From Promethearchaeota archaeon (lineage in GTDB: Archaea > Asgardarchaeota > Lokiarchaeia > Sigyniarchaeales > SOKP01), in assembly GCA_019057865.1 (NCBI GenBank), contig JAHLWP010000047.1, positions 1 through 25,183 on the forward strand: 25,183 bases of DNA. The letters are read 5' to 3'. Below the pieces are notes generated by a model, which saw only the letters and a program-made list of their open reading frames with translations, did no database searches and was not told where the DNA came from. The position numbers and the translations under genes were made by a program. Numbering within the stretch: position 1 is the first letter of the stretch; the number at the start of each line of letters is the position of its first letter. Positions 24,500-25,183 of this stretch are shown here, in pieces.

Positions 24500-25183
24500 A
24501 TGACCCATCAAAGATTTGTAACAGCAGAGTCTGTTACTGAAGGGCATCCTGATAAAATATGTGATCAAATTTCTGATGCCATTTTAGATGCATTTTTAGA
24601 GAAGGATCCAGATGCTCATGTTGCTTGTGAAACTTTTGTAACAACTGGACTTGTTTTAATTGGTGGAGAGATTTCTGTTAAAAAAGGAACGAATATTGAT
24701 TACAACAAAGTAGTAAGAGAAACAATTAAAGAGATTGGATATGATGATTCAGCTATGGGTTTTGATTATCAAGGTTGTGCCATAATTAATACTATTCATC
24801 AACAATCTCCTGACATTAATCAAGGGATAGAAAGAGAGAAAATAGAGAAGCAAGGTGCTGGAGACCAAGGAATAATGGTTGGTTATGCTGTTAACGAGAC
24901 ACCAGAATTTATGCCCTTACCAACTCAATTAGTAAATAACCTTACTAAAAGATTAGCAGAAGTAAGAAAAAAAGATATAATATCCTTCTTAAGACCTGAT
25001 GGAAAAAGTCTCGTTTCAGTAGAATATGAAGATGGAAAACCAAATAGAATTCAAGCTATTGTAATAGCAGCTCAACACACGGAAGATGCTAAAAAAAAGG
25101 AGATAGAAAAAGATATAAAGGAAAAAGTAATCGATGTAGTTATCCCCAGAGAATTAATTGATGAAGAGACAAAAATCTATATT
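24500..25183 (+). CDS. metK: S-adenosylmethionine synthetase, bacterial/eukaryotic type (partial; runs off the window)
   Basis: ATG at 24500; [46 protein letters not shown]; frame open to the window end. Confidence 0.97.
   Translation, partial: MTHQRFVTAESVTEGHPDKICDQISDAILDAFLEKDPDAHVACETFVTTGLVLIGGEISVKKGTNIDYNKVVRETIKEIGYDDSAMGFDYQGCAIINTIHQQSPDINQGIEREKIEKQGAGDQGIMVGYAVNETPEFMPLPTQLVNNLTKRLAEVRKKDIISFLRPDGKSLVSVEYEDGKPNRIQAIVIAAQHTEDAKKKEIEKDIKEKVIDVVIPRELIDEETKIYI

Noticed and set aside
1-25183. CRISPR array, integron attC array, tRNA or rRNA genes
   Set aside because: No regularly spaced direct repeats, recurrent cassette-boundary motif or RNA-gene signatures found by eye.

Overview
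Very AT-rich archaeal DNA. A TFIIB-like gene, TTTATATA boxes, GGTGA-type Shine-Dalgarno sites, an ISH3-type transposase and a bacterial/eukaryotic-type metK together suggest an Asgard archaeon (Lokiarchaeia/Promethearchaeota-like); this host assignment is an inference. The window reads as a partly decaying accessory/defence island ending at the housekeeping gene metK. Defence-type content: a HEPN (RxxxxH) protein, a truncated H-G-T ADP-ribosyltransferase-like fragment, a PHP + ABC-ATPase fusion (Ppl/TrlF-like) and an orphan restriction-like nuclease. There are also two tightly coupled two-gene modules: (i) a cytoplasmic Zn-dependent phospholipase C/P1-nuclease-fold protein with an inserted glycine-rich hydrophobic segment, plus a wHTH protein; (ii) a divergent MORC-type GHKL ATPase with an acidic/basic tail, plus a small PD-(D/E)XK nuclease. 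An ISH3-like element appears to have inserted at the TATA box of module (ii). Not in the ORF track: a ~120-170 nt structured RNA candidate at 221-388, two genes broken at probable Trp codons, a 44-aa microprotein with a strong RBS, several palindromic operator-like sites, and metK running off the right edge. All product calls come from reading motifs by eye; no database searches were run.
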